Positions 39,418 through 49,219 of a DNA stretch of 64,000 nt are shown piece by piece; position 1 is the stretch's first letter, and each line of letters begins with the position of its first letter. The translations under genes were made by a program, and so were the position numbers. The notes beneath the pieces are model-generated. The model was not told the origin of the DNA. It searched no databases and was given only the letters and a program-made list of their open reading frames with translations. Source of the DNA: an uncultured Bacteroidota bacterium (GTDB lineage Bacteria > Bacteroidota > Ignavibacteria > UBA10030 > UBA6906). Location of the stretch: contig CAVOYH010000001.1 of assembly GCA_963700635.1 (NCBI GenBank), positions 416,001 through 480,000 on the forward strand, written 5' to 3'.

Positions 39418-39827
39418 AATCCGCTACGGAGTATTTGTGGTTCAACACCCGCACAAAACGCGAGTATATCAACGTAACGGCTCAGGTCCAGGGTATTGTG
39501 GACAAAAGCGGCATCCGTGAAGGGATGGTGCTGGTATCTGCGATGCATATCACGGCAGGAGTGTATGTAAATGATGCCGAAGACGGCCTGATACAGGATA
39601 TCGACGAGTGGCTGGAACAGCTGGCCCCCTTTAACGAGAATTACCGCCATCATCGGACGGGCGAAACCAATGGTGATGCGCATCTCAAGAGTCTGCTGGT
39701 CCATCATGAAGTGATCCTGCCGGTTACCAAAGGTGCCCTGGATTTGGGCCCCTGGCAACAAGTGTATTATGCCGAGTTTGACGGCAAGCGGCGCAAACGT
39801 GTTATCGTCAAGGTTATGGGGGAATAG
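39414..39827 (+). CDS. yjbQ: YjbQ/UPF0047 family protein
   Basis: [19 protein letters not shown] and [14 protein letters not shown]. Confidence 0.93.
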   Translation: MKSATEYLWFNTRTKREYINVTAQVQGIVDKSGIREGMVLVSAMHITAGVYVNDAEDGLIQDIDEWLEQLAPFNENYRHHRTGETNGDAHLKSLLVHHEVILPVTKGALDLGPWQQVYYAEFDGKRRKRVIVKVMGE

Positions 39828-39918
39828 CCGGATCCGGCGAACCCCTCGCCACGCCATCGGTGTCTTAATGCAAGAGGACATCGTCAATGCTGTTTCATCT
39901 TTATGTGTAGGAGCATCC

Positions 39919-41289
39919 ATGGGACTTCTGTGCCGCATTAGTGTGATTTTCATTGTGCTTGTATCCGGTGTTATGCCCTCGGGGGCTCAGACCATCTCCC
40001 CCTCTGAACCGTTTAGTGTCTCAGCGGATGTGTATCGTTTCCGGGGCGGGGATGACGATCATGTGCTTATTGAGATCGCCTATGCTTTTCCCGAACGAAC
40101 GCTGACCTACCAGCCGGACGCATCCGGTTTTACCGGTGCGGCGGACGTGACCATGAGCATCACGCTCAACGATTCGGTTGTACGGGCAGACCGGTGGTTG
40201 GTTCCGCACACGGTGCCGGACACGTCAGTTTTTTCGCGGGGCATGAATCTCGTGGGAGTGCACAAATGGCAGCTGCAGACGGGCGAGTACATTCTCCGGG
40301 TGCTGGCCCGTGACCGTCATGACCCTGACCGGCGCGATAGTATAACGATGCGTCTGCCGATCCGCACCTTTTCCACCGCGGCGCCCTCACTCAGCGATGT
40401 GGAACTCGCCTCCGTGATCCGCCAGGGAAATCAGGAGGGGATCTTCTATAAGAATACCCTGGATGTGGTTCCCAACGTCGGCGGGATGTTCAGCGAGGAC
40501 CAGCTCTGCTATTACTACGCCGAAGCATACAACATGTTAGCCCTTCCCGATACGGGAGGGTTTGTCGTCCGCACCAGCGTCTATAATGCCGTCGGACACG
40601 AGATCATTTCACGCGAACGCCCGAAAAAAATCGTCGGTGAGTCCAGCGTGATTATTGATCAACTCTCCGTGAAAAACCTCCGTACGGGTACGTACTCTCT
40701 GGTCGTCTCGCTTCTCGGCGATGACGCCAGTGTGATGAGCACTGCAGGCAGGAAGTTGTTTGTGTTTAATCCTACGCTGGGAGTGGATTCGACATTGCTG
40801 GCCTCGGCATCCGCCATGCCGATGGCACAGTACATGGCAATGGATGAAGCAGAGCTCGATCGTGAATTTCAATGGTGCCGGTATGTCAGCTACGACGACG
40901 AGAAGGAGCAATTCAACGCTCTGAAGGGCGCGGATGCGAAACGAAAATTTCTCTCGGATTTCTGGCGGCGGAGAGCCCCGGGTGACAGGGAAGAGTACCT
41001 TGCACGGATCGCCTACGCAAATGCAAACTTCCGGGTATTATCACGTGATGGGTACCGAACGGACCGGGGACGTGTGCTGGTCATGTATGGGTACGCCGAT
41101 GATATCGATCGGCATCCAAACGAAACGGAGACCCGTCCGTACGAAATCTGGTCGTACAACAACATCCAGGGTGGTGTGGTCTTCGTTTTTGTTCTCCGTA
41201 ACGCCGCGGGAGACTATGAACTCATCCATTCCACGCATCGTAACGAGCTCCACGACGAGAATTGGGATCGCGTCGGGGTTACGCGGTGA
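39919..41289 (+). CDS. GWxTD domain-containing exported protein
   Basis: AGGAG SD before ATG 39919, signal peptide, and C-terminal FW..R...EY..RI.YAN..F....GYRTDRGRVLVMYG...YEIWSY. Confidence 0.85.
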   Translation: MGLLCRISVIFIVLVSGVMPSGAQTISPSEPFSVSADVYRFRGGDDDHVLIEIAYAFPERTLTYQPDASGFTGAADVTMSITLNDSVVRADRWLVPHTVPDTSVFSRGMNLVGVHKWQLQTGEYILRVLARDRHDPDRRDSITMRLPIRTFSTAAPSLSDVELASVIRQGNQEGIFYKNTLDVVPNVGGMFSEDQLCYYYAEAYNMLALPDTGGFVVRTSVYNAVGHEIISRERPKKIVGESSVIIDQLSVKNLRTGTYSLVVSLLGDDASVMSTAGRKLFVFNPTLGVDSTLLASASAMPMAQYMAMDEAELDREFQWCRYVSYDDEKEQFNALKGADAKRKFLSDFWRRRAPGDREEYLARIAYANANFRVLSRDGYRTDRGRVLVMYGYADDIDRHPNETETRPYEIWSYNNIQGGVVFVFVLRNAAGDYELIHSTHRNELHDENWDRVGVTR

Positions 41290-41299
41290 GCAGTAGGGA

Positions 41300-42223
41300 G
41301 TGATCCCCTTTCTCGAATACATTCTGTTCCGGATGCTCGCTGCACTCGTAAGCCGTCTCCCGTACAGGATGGCGGGAGCCCTGGGTGCCGGATTCGGGAC
41401 AGCCGTACTGTCCCTGACGGGCTACCGGAAAGCGGTCACTTTTGACAATCTCAAACGGGCGTTCCCTGAAAAATCGGACCCGGAGATCAGTCAGATCGCA
41501 CGCGGAGCATACCGGAACTATGGCAGGGCGATTCTGGAAATGCTCTGGGCGGGCGGACAGGGTCCTGACGCCCTGAGGGCAAAAATTCATCCGCGTAACC
41601 AGCAGCTCCTGGACGACGCGCTGCGCGAAGGCCATGGCGTTGTCCTCATGTCCGCGCATTACGGGTCGTGGGAATTCCTTCTCAACGGTCTGAAGCTTCA
41701 TATCCCCACCCCCTTCATGGCGATCGCCCAGCGCCAGCGTAATGAACGGATCGATGCCCTGATCGACAGACGCCGCCGGCGGTTTGATGTGACCACCGTC
41801 CCGATGGGACCGTCGGTCCGCGAGGTTCTCCGGGGATTGCAGAACGGAAACATCGTCCTCATCCTCGGGGATCAAAGCGGCCCGCGTGAATCAGTCTTTA
41901 TTCCATTCTTCGGCAGACCCTCTGCAACGCATCGCGGCGCTGCAGCGTTTGCGCTTCGCGCGGGCGCTCCTATCATCATGGTCTTCTTGCTCCGGCGGGC
42001 TGACGGGATGCATGAGGCCGTCTTCGAACGGGTAAATACTGGCGGCCTCAGCGGCGACAGGGAGGACCAGATAGTTGAACTCACGAAACGGCATATGGCA
42101 ACGCTGGAACGGTACATCCGCATGAGGCCTGACCACTGGCTGTGGATGCACAAACGCTGGAAGCATACACCCGGTTATGAACATGAACAGAACGCCGGAG
42201 CACGGGAAGCGGGAGTTGTATGA
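41300..42223 (+). CDS. lpxL: Lipid A late acyltransferase (LpxL/HtrB family)
   Basis: NLKRAFPE, AHYGSWE, GDQ, PFFGRP and PDHWLWMHKRWK. Confidence 0.9.
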   Translation: MIPFLEYILFRMLAALVSRLPYRMAGALGAGFGTAVLSLTGYRKAVTFDNLKRAFPEKSDPEISQIARGAYRNYGRAILEMLWAGGQGPDALRAKIHPRNQQLLDDALREGHGVVLMSAHYGSWEFLLNGLKLHIPTPFMAIAQRQRNERIDALIDRRRRRFDVTTVPMGPSVREVLRGLQNGNIVLILGDQSGPRESVFIPFFGRPSATHRGAAAFALRAGAPIIMVFLLRRADGMHEAVFERVNTGGLSGDREDQIVELTKRHMATLERYIRMRPDHWLWMHKRWKHTPGYEHEQNAGAREAGVV

Positions 42224-43284
42224 GCGACGATCATCGGTTCCTGATCTTCCATACTGCATTTGTCGGAGATCTTGTTCTGACGCTGCCGGTGACACAAACG
42301 ATCCGTGCGGTCTGGCCGGAAGCATCTATCACGATTGTCGCCATTCCTGAAGCTGCCCGGGTTTTACGCGGACATCCGTCGATTGACCAGGTTATTGAAT
42401 ACGATAAAAAGGGCAGGGACAGAGGGTTGAAGGGATTCGTGCGACTTGTGCGCACGCTCTCTGCATTACACTTCGGATGTGCCGTGGTTCCACACCGTTC
42501 GATACGCAGCGCCCTTGCCGTCTGGTGCGCGCGCATTCCCCGCCGCATCGGGTTTTCCACAAGTGCAGGAAAGCTGCTGCTCACCGATGTGGTGCTGTAC
42601 GGATCCGGGATTCATGAAACCGAACGGAATCTGGCACTCCTTTCGCCGCTGGGAATCCTCACACGTGAACACGCCCGCCCGCGTCTCTTTCCCGCTGCCG
42701 ACGATGTGCGCAGTGTGGATGACCTGATTGCCGCGCATAGGCTGCGTGCGCCGGCTTTTCCTCAGGAGCTGATGGTGGCCCTGGCACCGGGATCCGTGTG
42801 GTTCACGAAACGGTGGCCGGAGCAACACTATGCGGAAGTTGTGCGTTTGCTTGCCGCCCGGGACGCGGGTGTCGTTCTGGTGGGCGGCGCGGATGACAGA
42901 GATCTCTGTGCCGGAATCGCCGAAAACACCGGCGGGGGGACTGCCGTGCTCAATGCAGCGGGCCGCCTGACTCTGTTGCAGTCCGCTGAACTTATGCGAC
43001 GCTGCCGCGTTGTGGTCACAAATGACAGTGCCCCCCTGCATCTGGCAGGCGCGGTCGGGACACCCGTTATTGCCCTCTTCGGCGCAACAGTTCCGGCTTT
43101 CGGGTTTGGCCCGCTGGGTCACCATGACCGTGTGCTCGAACTCCAGGGCCTGAGCTGCAGGCCATGTGCCATCCACGGCGGTCATCACTGTCCGATCGGG
43201 ACTTTTGTGTGTATGCGTAATCTGACTCCAGCGAGCGTCTTTGCGACCATCCAGGATTTCTTACAAGACCATCGGGAGGGTTAA
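42220..43284 (+). CDS. waaF: GT9 LPS heptosyltransferase II-like
   Basis: VGDLVL, APGSVWFTKRWP and TNDSAPLHLAGAVGTPVIALFG. Confidence 0.88.
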   Translation: MSDDHRFLIFHTAFVGDLVLTLPVTQTIRAVWPEASITIVAIPEAARVLRGHPSIDQVIEYDKKGRDRGLKGFVRLVRTLSALHFGCAVVPHRSIRSALAVWCARIPRRIGFSTSAGKLLLTDVVLYGSGIHETERNLALLSPLGILTREHARPRLFPAADDVRSVDDLIAAHRLRAPAFPQELMVALAPGSVWFTKRWPEQHYAEVVRLLAARDAGVVLVGGADDRDLCAGIAENTGGGTAVLNAAGRLTLLQSAELMRRCRVVVTNDSAPLHLAGAVGTPVIALFGATVPAFGFGPLGHHDRVLELQGLSCRPCAIHGGHHCPIGTFVCMRNLTPASVFATIQDFLQDHREG

Positions 43285-43950
43285 GTGGCCCTGACCATGA
43301 AGGTATCCCTCGCACAACCTGAAGACAAGGCACTCTTACTTGCCGCTGAAGTCATTCAGGCAGGTGGGGTGATCGTTTATCCGACGGAGACCGTATACGG
43401 TATTGGGACAAATGCCTGGGACGGGTCTGCGATTGCCAAGGTGCGGGCGCTCAAGCACCGCACGGACCAGAAGCCGATTCTGGTCATTGCCCGTTCGCAG
43501 GACCAGCTGCAGTCGTTAACGGACGAAATATCTCCTCTTGCGCAGCGCTTCATGGACGCATTCTGGCCCGGACCACTGACGCTGGTCTTCAGGGCGTCAA
43601 AGTCTGTTCCCGATCTCCTCTCACGGGGCACCGGAACGATCGGTGTGAGGATTCCCTCGAGTCCGGTCTGCCTCCGTTTGCTGGAACTTGCCGGATGTCC
43701 CCTGACATCCTCGAGTGCGAATATTTCGGGGCAGCCCCCGCTCCACACCGTAGCGGATATTGTACGCGCAATACCCAAGGGAGTGGATCTTATTCTTGAC
43801 GGGGGTCAGCTTCCACCGTCCGAGCCGTCTTCCGTACTCGATGTCACCGGCCCCACGCCGCGGCTTCTGAGAAAAGGAGCAATCGGTGAGGAGCTCTTGC
43901 GCAACGTGGACCCCCGCCTGGTGGTGGTGCAACCTCAGAAGAAGAGCTAG
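43285..43950 (+). CDS. tsaC: L-threonylcarbamoyladenylate synthase (TsaC/YrdC)
   Basis: YPTETVYG, FWPGPLTL, GVRIP and SSANISG. Confidence 0.95.
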   Translation: MALTMKVSLAQPEDKALLLAAEVIQAGGVIVYPTETVYGIGTNAWDGSAIAKVRALKHRTDQKPILVIARSQDQLQSLTDEISPLAQRFMDAFWPGPLTLVFRASKSVPDLLSRGTGTIGVRIPSSPVCLRLLELAGCPLTSSSANISGQPPLHTVADIVRAIPKGVDLILDGGQLPPSEPSSVLDVTGPTPRLLRKGAIGEELLRNVDPRLVVVQPQKKS

Positions 43951-44004
43951 AAGGGGAGTGTAAACCGGGCCTGTCGCAGGATGTAGCGAGGGTTGCCGGT
44001 GGTC

Positions 44005-44033
44005 TTGCTTCCCGAGCGGATGTTTTGTATCTT
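44005..44033 (+). promoter_or_regulatory. Putative tRNA promoter
   Basis: TTGCTT-17 nt-TATCTT, 56 nt upstream of tRNA-Arg. Confidence 0.6.
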
Positions 44034-44089
44034 TTTTGGCAGTCTCGTGGGGGGGCCATCCACGCAGCATCCGGATGGGGGGCTGAGAC

Positions 44090-44166
44090 GCGCCTGTAGC
44101 TCAATTGGATAGAGTGTTGGCCTCCGGAGCCAAAGGTTTCGGGTTCGACTCCCGACAGGCGCACCA
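44090..44166 (+). tRNA. tRNA-Arg(CCG)
   Basis: GCGCCTG/CAGGCGC acceptor stem, anticodon arm TTGGC-CTCCGGA-GCCAA, GGTTCGACT T-loop, and encoded CCA. Confidence 0.97.
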
Positions 44167-44204
44167 AGTACACTCTTCAGGCAGCACATACTCTACGGAT
44201 CCCT

Positions 44205-44894
44205 ATGCTCACACCCAAGAAAAAAATAGCCAAGCGCGAACACAGGCAGGACAAGCTGTATGCCTCGTACATGAAGGCCACGTCGTTTTACGAGGAAAAC
44301 AAGAAACTGATCAGCATCGGCATCACCGTGGTCGCCGCGGTCATTATTGCGCTGGTCATCTACTTCAAGAACCAGGGGGAAAACAACGAGCGTGCGACGA
44401 CACAGCTGGCGGCGATCCATCCGTTTTATGACAACGCGCAGTACCAGCAGGCAGTTGACGGTGTGCCGGAACGGAATATCGTCGGGCTGAAAGCTATTGT
44501 GGACAATTATGGTGGCACCCGGACTGGGGACATGGCTCGTTTTTACCTGGCGGATGCATACTTTCAGCTGGGCAAGTACACCGACGCATTAAATGAGTTT
44601 GACGACTGCGATCCATCGGCTGCATTGTTACAGGCCTCGCGTCTCGCCGGAATTGCCGCAAGTCACGAAGCGCTGGGTAATCACAAAGATGCAGGCGTCT
44701 ATTTTGAGAGGGCTGCGGGAAAAGAGCCCACTCCAGGGACGATTGCAGAATACCTCAACAATGCTGCGCGCAATTTTGCTCAGGCCGGAGAGAAGGAGCG
44801 TGCGCTCGAGATCTTACGACGTCTTCAGAAGAATCATCCCACGACGACCTACGGGCGGGAAGCGGAGCGCTTCATCTCCCAGCTCTCGGTATAG
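44205..44894 (+). CDS. Membrane-anchored TPR protein (YfgM-like)
   Basis: Basic N-terminus, one TM helix (EENKKLISIGITVVAAVII), YGGTRTG, and TPR helices. Confidence 0.8.
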   Translation: MLTPKKKIAKREHRQDKLYASYMKATSFYEENKKLISIGITVVAAVIIALVIYFKNQGENNERATTQLAAIHPFYDNAQYQQAVDGVPERNIVGLKAIVDNYGGTRTGDMARFYLADAYFQLGKYTDALNEFDDCDPSAALLQASRLAGIAASHEALGNHKDAGVYFERAAGKEPTPGTIAEYLNNAARNFAQAGEKERALEILRRLQKNHPTTTYGREAERFISQLSV

Positions 44895-44936
44895 CCCCGG
44901 TTAACGGGCATTAAGCGGGGATCATGGCAGGAGTGC

Positions 44937-46286
44937 ATGAAACTTCTACCTGAAAAAGCGCTTACCCGCTCCGTTCTGAAAATCTCCACTCCGGCAGTTG
45001 CGGGGCTCTCGTTACAGATGGTTGTGACGGTGGCAGAAACTGCCATGGTCGGGCGTCTGGAGAACACAAAGGTCGCCCTTGCCGCAATGGCCCTGGCTTC
45101 ACTTGCCGGATGGGCGATCACCAGTGCGTTCTCAAGCCTCGCAACGGGAACCCATGTTCTTGTTGCCCGCCGCTACGGGGAGCGTGACCGCCCCGGCGCA
45201 GGTAATGTGCTGAACAACTCCCTCCTCCTCTCATTCGCTGTCGGACTCCTGACCGCGCTACCTGGTTATCTCTTCTCCTATGATGTTATCAATTTTTTTG
45301 CGGCCAACCCTGAAGTTGCGATTGCCGGGACGGGCTATATGCAATGGCGGTTTATCGGGATAGGCGTCTTCCTTTTTGTCGTGTCGTATCGTGGTTTTTT
45401 TAACGGCATCGGTCACACAAAAGTGTTCATGTATTCCGCGATCATCATCAGCCTCTCGAACATTATTTTCAACTATGTGTTCATATTCGGGGCGTTCGGG
45501 ATCCCCTCGATGGGACTCACCGGTGCGGGTCTGGCCGTGGCTCTTTCCAATGTCCTGGGATGTGCGTTCTTTCTTACTGCAACTTTTCAGCCGGGATATC
45601 GAAAAACCTACAAGTACTACTCGAGGCTGCAGATCCGCATGGAAGTCCTTCGCCAGATTGTACGGATCTCGCTCCCGGTGTCATTCCAGAATATTCTGAT
45701 ACTGCTTGGATTTCTGGTTTTTGCAGCCATTGCGGGGTATGTCGGCACGACCGAACAGGCGGCGACGCAGGTGGTCATCACTGCCCTGTTTATGTCATTT
45801 CTCCCCTGTTTCGGTTTCGGCATCGGCGCTCAGACACTGGTCGGGCAGAGTATGGGGAAATCCCAGTTTAAGCTTGCCCATCAATACGGAATGGAAGCAT
45901 CGCGGATCGCAACATATTTTACATTTGTGCTTGGCTGTGTGTTTATTCTGCTGCCGGACGCGGTTATCAGTGTTATTACCAATGACCCTGAAGTTGCCGC
46001 CATTGCCCGGCCGCTCCTGCAGATTGCCGGTGCAGCGCAGATGTTCTACGCGCCCGGTATCGTGCTGGCGCATGCCCTCCAGGCCGCCGGGGCGACGGTC
46101 TACGTCATGTGGGTGGAAGTGCTGACCCATTGGGTCATCTTTCTTCCCGTCTGTTATCTGCTTGGAGTCACGTATGGCGGAGGCATCCAGGGAGTATGGA
46201 TGGCTCTCCCCGTCTACATTATTGCCTACAGTGCCCTCATATACATGAAGTACCGGAAGGGTACCTGGCTCCACATTAGGGTTTGA
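44937..46286 (+). CDS. MATE family efflux transporter
   Basis: About 12 TM helices. ETAMVGRL, GFFNGIGHTK, FGIPSMGLTGAGLA and TLVGQSMG. Confidence 0.93.
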   Translation: MKLLPEKALTRSVLKISTPAVAGLSLQMVVTVAETAMVGRLENTKVALAAMALASLAGWAITSAFSSLATGTHVLVARRYGERDRPGAGNVLNNSLLLSFAVGLLTALPGYLFSYDVINFFAANPEVAIAGTGYMQWRFIGIGVFLFVVSYRGFFNGIGHTKVFMYSAIIISLSNIIFNYVFIFGAFGIPSMGLTGAGLAVALSNVLGCAFFLTATFQPGYRKTYKYYSRLQIRMEVLRQIVRISLPVSFQNILILLGFLVFAAIAGYVGTTEQAATQVVITALFMSFLPCFGFGIGAQTLVGQSMGKSQFKLAHQYGMEASRIATYFTFVLGCVFILLPDAVISVITNDPEVAAIARPLLQIAGAAQMFYAPGIVLAHALQAAGATVYVMWVEVLTHWVIFLPVCYLLGVTYGGGIQGVWMALPVYIIAYSALIYMKYRKGTWLHIRV

Positions 46287-46288
46287 GG

Positions 46289-48406
46289 ATGATGAAGTTC
46301 CGGCGGTTCATTTTTCTGGGCGGGGCATTCCTGCTGCTCCTCGTAAAGTTTGCGGTTGATGTTATCCGCAAAAACGTGGAGCTGGAGGTGGGCGGCCTCA
46401 TGGTCCTCCGTGAACTGAGCGCAGCCGGGGCATTCCTTCTGATCTTTCTCGCCATTCAGGCGTCTTTCTCGGACCGGAGTATCAACCCCGTACGGCGCCT
46501 GGGAATTCTTCTGGTTCTTGTCGCCGCCTTCCTGATTTCTGCGGTGCTCCTGAATTACTTCCCGGCCAACGGTTTTGACGCAAAGGACTTTGGCCTGTTC
46601 GCGCTGGACTATGCAACGCTGTTCATGGCGTCCCTCTTTGGCCTTGTCGGAGGCACATTTGCTCTGCTGAATCTGCATTTCCTCCGGGATCTGGTCCTTG
46701 TGTCGCGAAAAAAAGGGACCCTGCGGAATTTTAGAATCTTCGTTGTCCTGTTGCTCGCCACCGCGGTCTCGTCGCTGTTTGTCCGCCCCCTGCAGTCAAG
46801 CTCTATCACCTCGGTGCTCTACGCCCTTACGATCACGATGGCAATCGTGAATGCCTTCCGGCTTCCGTGGATCGTGTATCTGACGAAGCGGGAGAAAATC
46901 CTGACGCTGATCTTTTCCTTCTTCCTTTTTGTGTTCCTCACCACGGCCAATATTCTGTTGAGTCAGAATGATCTGCTCTCACGAGCCCTGGTGTACTACT
47001 CCCGTCCGGTTCAGGAGTTGATCTCGCTTTCGTTGTGGTTCGGGAACATCTTCAGCGGGATGGCATTTGTGAGCACGCTGTTTTACCTGCCGACCGCCGA
47101 GGCATTTGACAGGAAACGGTCAGAAGTAGCGTCGATCCATACGCTCAGCAAACTTCTGACGCAGGTTCTTGATTTTGATGAGCTTACAGAGACCGTGACA
47201 ACGATGACCCTGCAGGTTGTGGAGGCACAGAGTTGCTGGCTGGAACTCCTGCCGTCACAGGAGGAGCTTCGGGAGAGCACCGACCCGGATCGTGCTCTTA
47301 CCGGGCAAACACAGATTGTTGGAGTAAAGAACATTACAAGAGCCGAGATCGAGGATCTCCTCGGATCGGGGCTGCAGTACCTGCGTACGACAGTGTACCG
47401 CGAAGGGAAACCGGTTGTCATTGACTCGGTGGGGAAGGACCCGCGGTTCACGGAAGGCCCCGAAGGCACACCCCGGCCCGGGTCGCTCGTGATCGTGCCT
47501 CTTGCCTCACATGCCGGGCCCTTTGGATTTCTTTACGCGACAAAGGCGGCGGAGTACGGTTTTGTGAAGGATGATGTGGAACTTATCTCCACGTTCGCCG
47601 ACCAGGCGACCATCGCCATCGATAACTCCCGCCTGATCAAAAAATCAATCGAACGGGAGAGACTCGTTCGCGAGATGACACTCGCGCAGGAAATGCAACG
47701 CAAACTCCTCCCGCAGCATGTGCCGGTTGTCCGGGGAGTGGATATTGATGCAATCTCAACACCGGCATTTGAAGTGGGAGGGGACTATTACGACTTCGTG
47801 CAGCTCTCCGATGACGTGATAGGAATTATCGTCGGGGATGTCTCGGGCAAGGGAGTTCCGGCCGCCTTCTATATGTCGGAAGTCAAAGGAATTTTCCAGT
47901 CCCTGAGCCCGCTCTATCCCTCTCCCCGGGATTTTATGGTGCGCGCAAACTCCGTCCTCACCGAATCTATTGACAAACACTCCTTTGTTAGCTTACTTTA
48001 TGGGATTATGGACATACGCACAGGACGATTTACGATCGCACGGGCGGGGCATTGCCCGTTGCTGCACGTCGGTGGATCGACCAGTACGTACCTCCGGCCC
48101 GATGGGATGGGGCTCGGTCTCGCCAACCAGAAGCTCTTCGCAGAATCGATCGAAGAATTTACGCTGGAACTCAGTCCGGGCGACGTCTGTGTACTGTACA
48201 CCGACGGGGTCACCGAGGCGCACCGGAACGGTGAAGAGTTCGGATACGAGCGCCTGCGTGCGGCATCAGGCGTTGCGGACGGTAAATCGGCCGGACGTGT
48301 GAAGGAAGAGATTCTTCATGCTGTCGACGCCTTCATTGAACACGATGTGCCCCACGACGATATGACACTCGTGGTCGTCAGGTGGCTCGGTTCGCCGGCA
48401 CAGTAA
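46289..48406 (+). CDS. Multi-TM GAF-PP2C (SpoIIE/RsbU-type) phosphatase
   Basis: About 8 N-terminal TM helices, a GAF domain, AQEMQRKLLP, VGGDYYD, GDVSGKG, YTDGVTE and DDMT. Confidence 0.92.
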   Translation: MMKFRRFIFLGGAFLLLLVKFAVDVIRKNVELEVGGLMVLRELSAAGAFLLIFLAIQASFSDRSINPVRRLGILLVLVAAFLISAVLLNYFPANGFDAKDFGLFALDYATLFMASLFGLVGGTFALLNLHFLRDLVLVSRKKGTLRNFRIFVVLLLATAVSSLFVRPLQSSSITSVLYALTITMAIVNAFRLPWIVYLTKREKILTLIFSFFLFVFLTTANILLSQNDLLSRALVYYSRPVQELISLSLWFGNIFSGMAFVSTLFYLPTAEAFDRKRSEVASIHTLSKLLTQVLDFDELTETVTTMTLQVVEAQSCWLELLPSQEELRESTDPDRALTGQTQIVGVKNITRAEIEDLLGSGLQYLRTTVYREGKPVVIDSVGKDPRFTEGPEGTPRPGSLVIVPLASHAGPFGFLYATKAAEYGFVKDDVELISTFADQATIAIDNSRLIKKSIERERLVREMTLAQEMQRKLLPQHVPVVRGVDIDAISTPAFEVGGDYYDFVQLSDDVIGIIVGDVSGKGVPAAFYMSEVKGIFQSLSPLYPSPRDFMVRANSVLTESIDKHSFVSLLYGIMDIRTGRFTIARAGHCPLLHVGGSTSTYLRPDGMGLGLANQKLFAESIEEFTLELSPGDVCVLYTDGVTEAHRNGEEFGYERLRAASGVADGKSAGRVKEEILHAVDAFIEHDVPHDDMTLVVVRWLGSPAQ

Positions 48407-48439
48407 TGAATTGTGGCCTGTTAATGGAAGGAAGAAGGT

Positions 48440-48802
48440 ATGAGTGAGTTCACGATAGCGCAGAGAGAGCGCGAGAGCATCCAGGTCCTTGAGCTCAAAG
48501 GATATCTGGATGCACACACCGCGCCAAAACTCGAAGAGGTGTTTCAGTCTCTTCTAAAATCTGAACGCTATAATATCATCATCAACTGCAAAGATCTCTC
48601 GTATATCAGCAGTGCAGGCCTGGGCGTGTTCATGGCGTACATCGAGGATGTACGGAAGAACAAGGGCGACATCAAACTTTCCAATATGTCGGCCAAGGTC
48701 TACAATGTGTTCGATCTCCTTGGATTCCCCCTGCTGTACGAGATCACAAAGGATGAACAGGAAGCCTTCAGTAAGTTTGCCGGACCACGACTCGAGCCGT
48801 GA
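48440..48802 (+). CDS. STAS anti-anti-sigma factor (RsbV/SpoIIAA-like)
   Basis: LKGYLDAHTAP and LSYISSAGLG (phospho-Ser motif). Confidence 0.94.
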   Translation: MSEFTIAQRERESIQVLELKGYLDAHTAPKLEEVFQSLLKSERYNIIINCKDLSYISSAGLGVFMAYIEDVRKNKGDIKLSNMSAKVYNVFDLLGFPLLYEITKDEQEAFSKFAGPRLEP

Positions 48803-49218
48803 ACCCCCGTACTCTTCATATTGAAAGTCGGACGGAACGACTGATCGCCGTACGGGAATTTGTCTCGGACGAGGCGCGCGAATTCGGATTCACGGATGAG
48901 GACGTGAGCAAAATCGCGCTGGCGGTGGACGAGGCATGCACGAATATCATCAAACACGCCTACCGCTTTGATCCCAATCGGGATATTACGGTTACGGTCA
49001 AAAGTAAGAACGGGGCATTTGAGATCACCATACACGATTCCGGCGCGGGCTTCGACCCGTCGCGGCTTCAAGCGCCGGATATGAAGGACTATTTCTCGAA
49101 CTATCGAAAAGGCGGACTGGGCGTCTATCTCATGAAACGGCTCATGGACAAAGTGGAATATGAGATTAAGCCGGGCAAACGGAACGAAGTACGCCTGACC
49201 AAATACCTCTCCCGCTGA
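48799..49218 (+). CDS. Anti-sigma factor serine kinase (RsbW-like)
   Basis: LAVDEACTNIIKHAY, DSGAGFD and GGLGVYLMKRLMD. Confidence 0.94.
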   Translation: MNPRTLHIESRTERLIAVREFVSDEAREFGFTDEDVSKIALAVDEACTNIIKHAYRFDPNRDITVTVKSKNGAFEITIHDSGAGFDPSRLQAPDMKDYFSNYRKGGLGVYLMKRLMDKVEYEIKPGKRNEVRLTKYLSR

Positions 49219-49219
49219 G

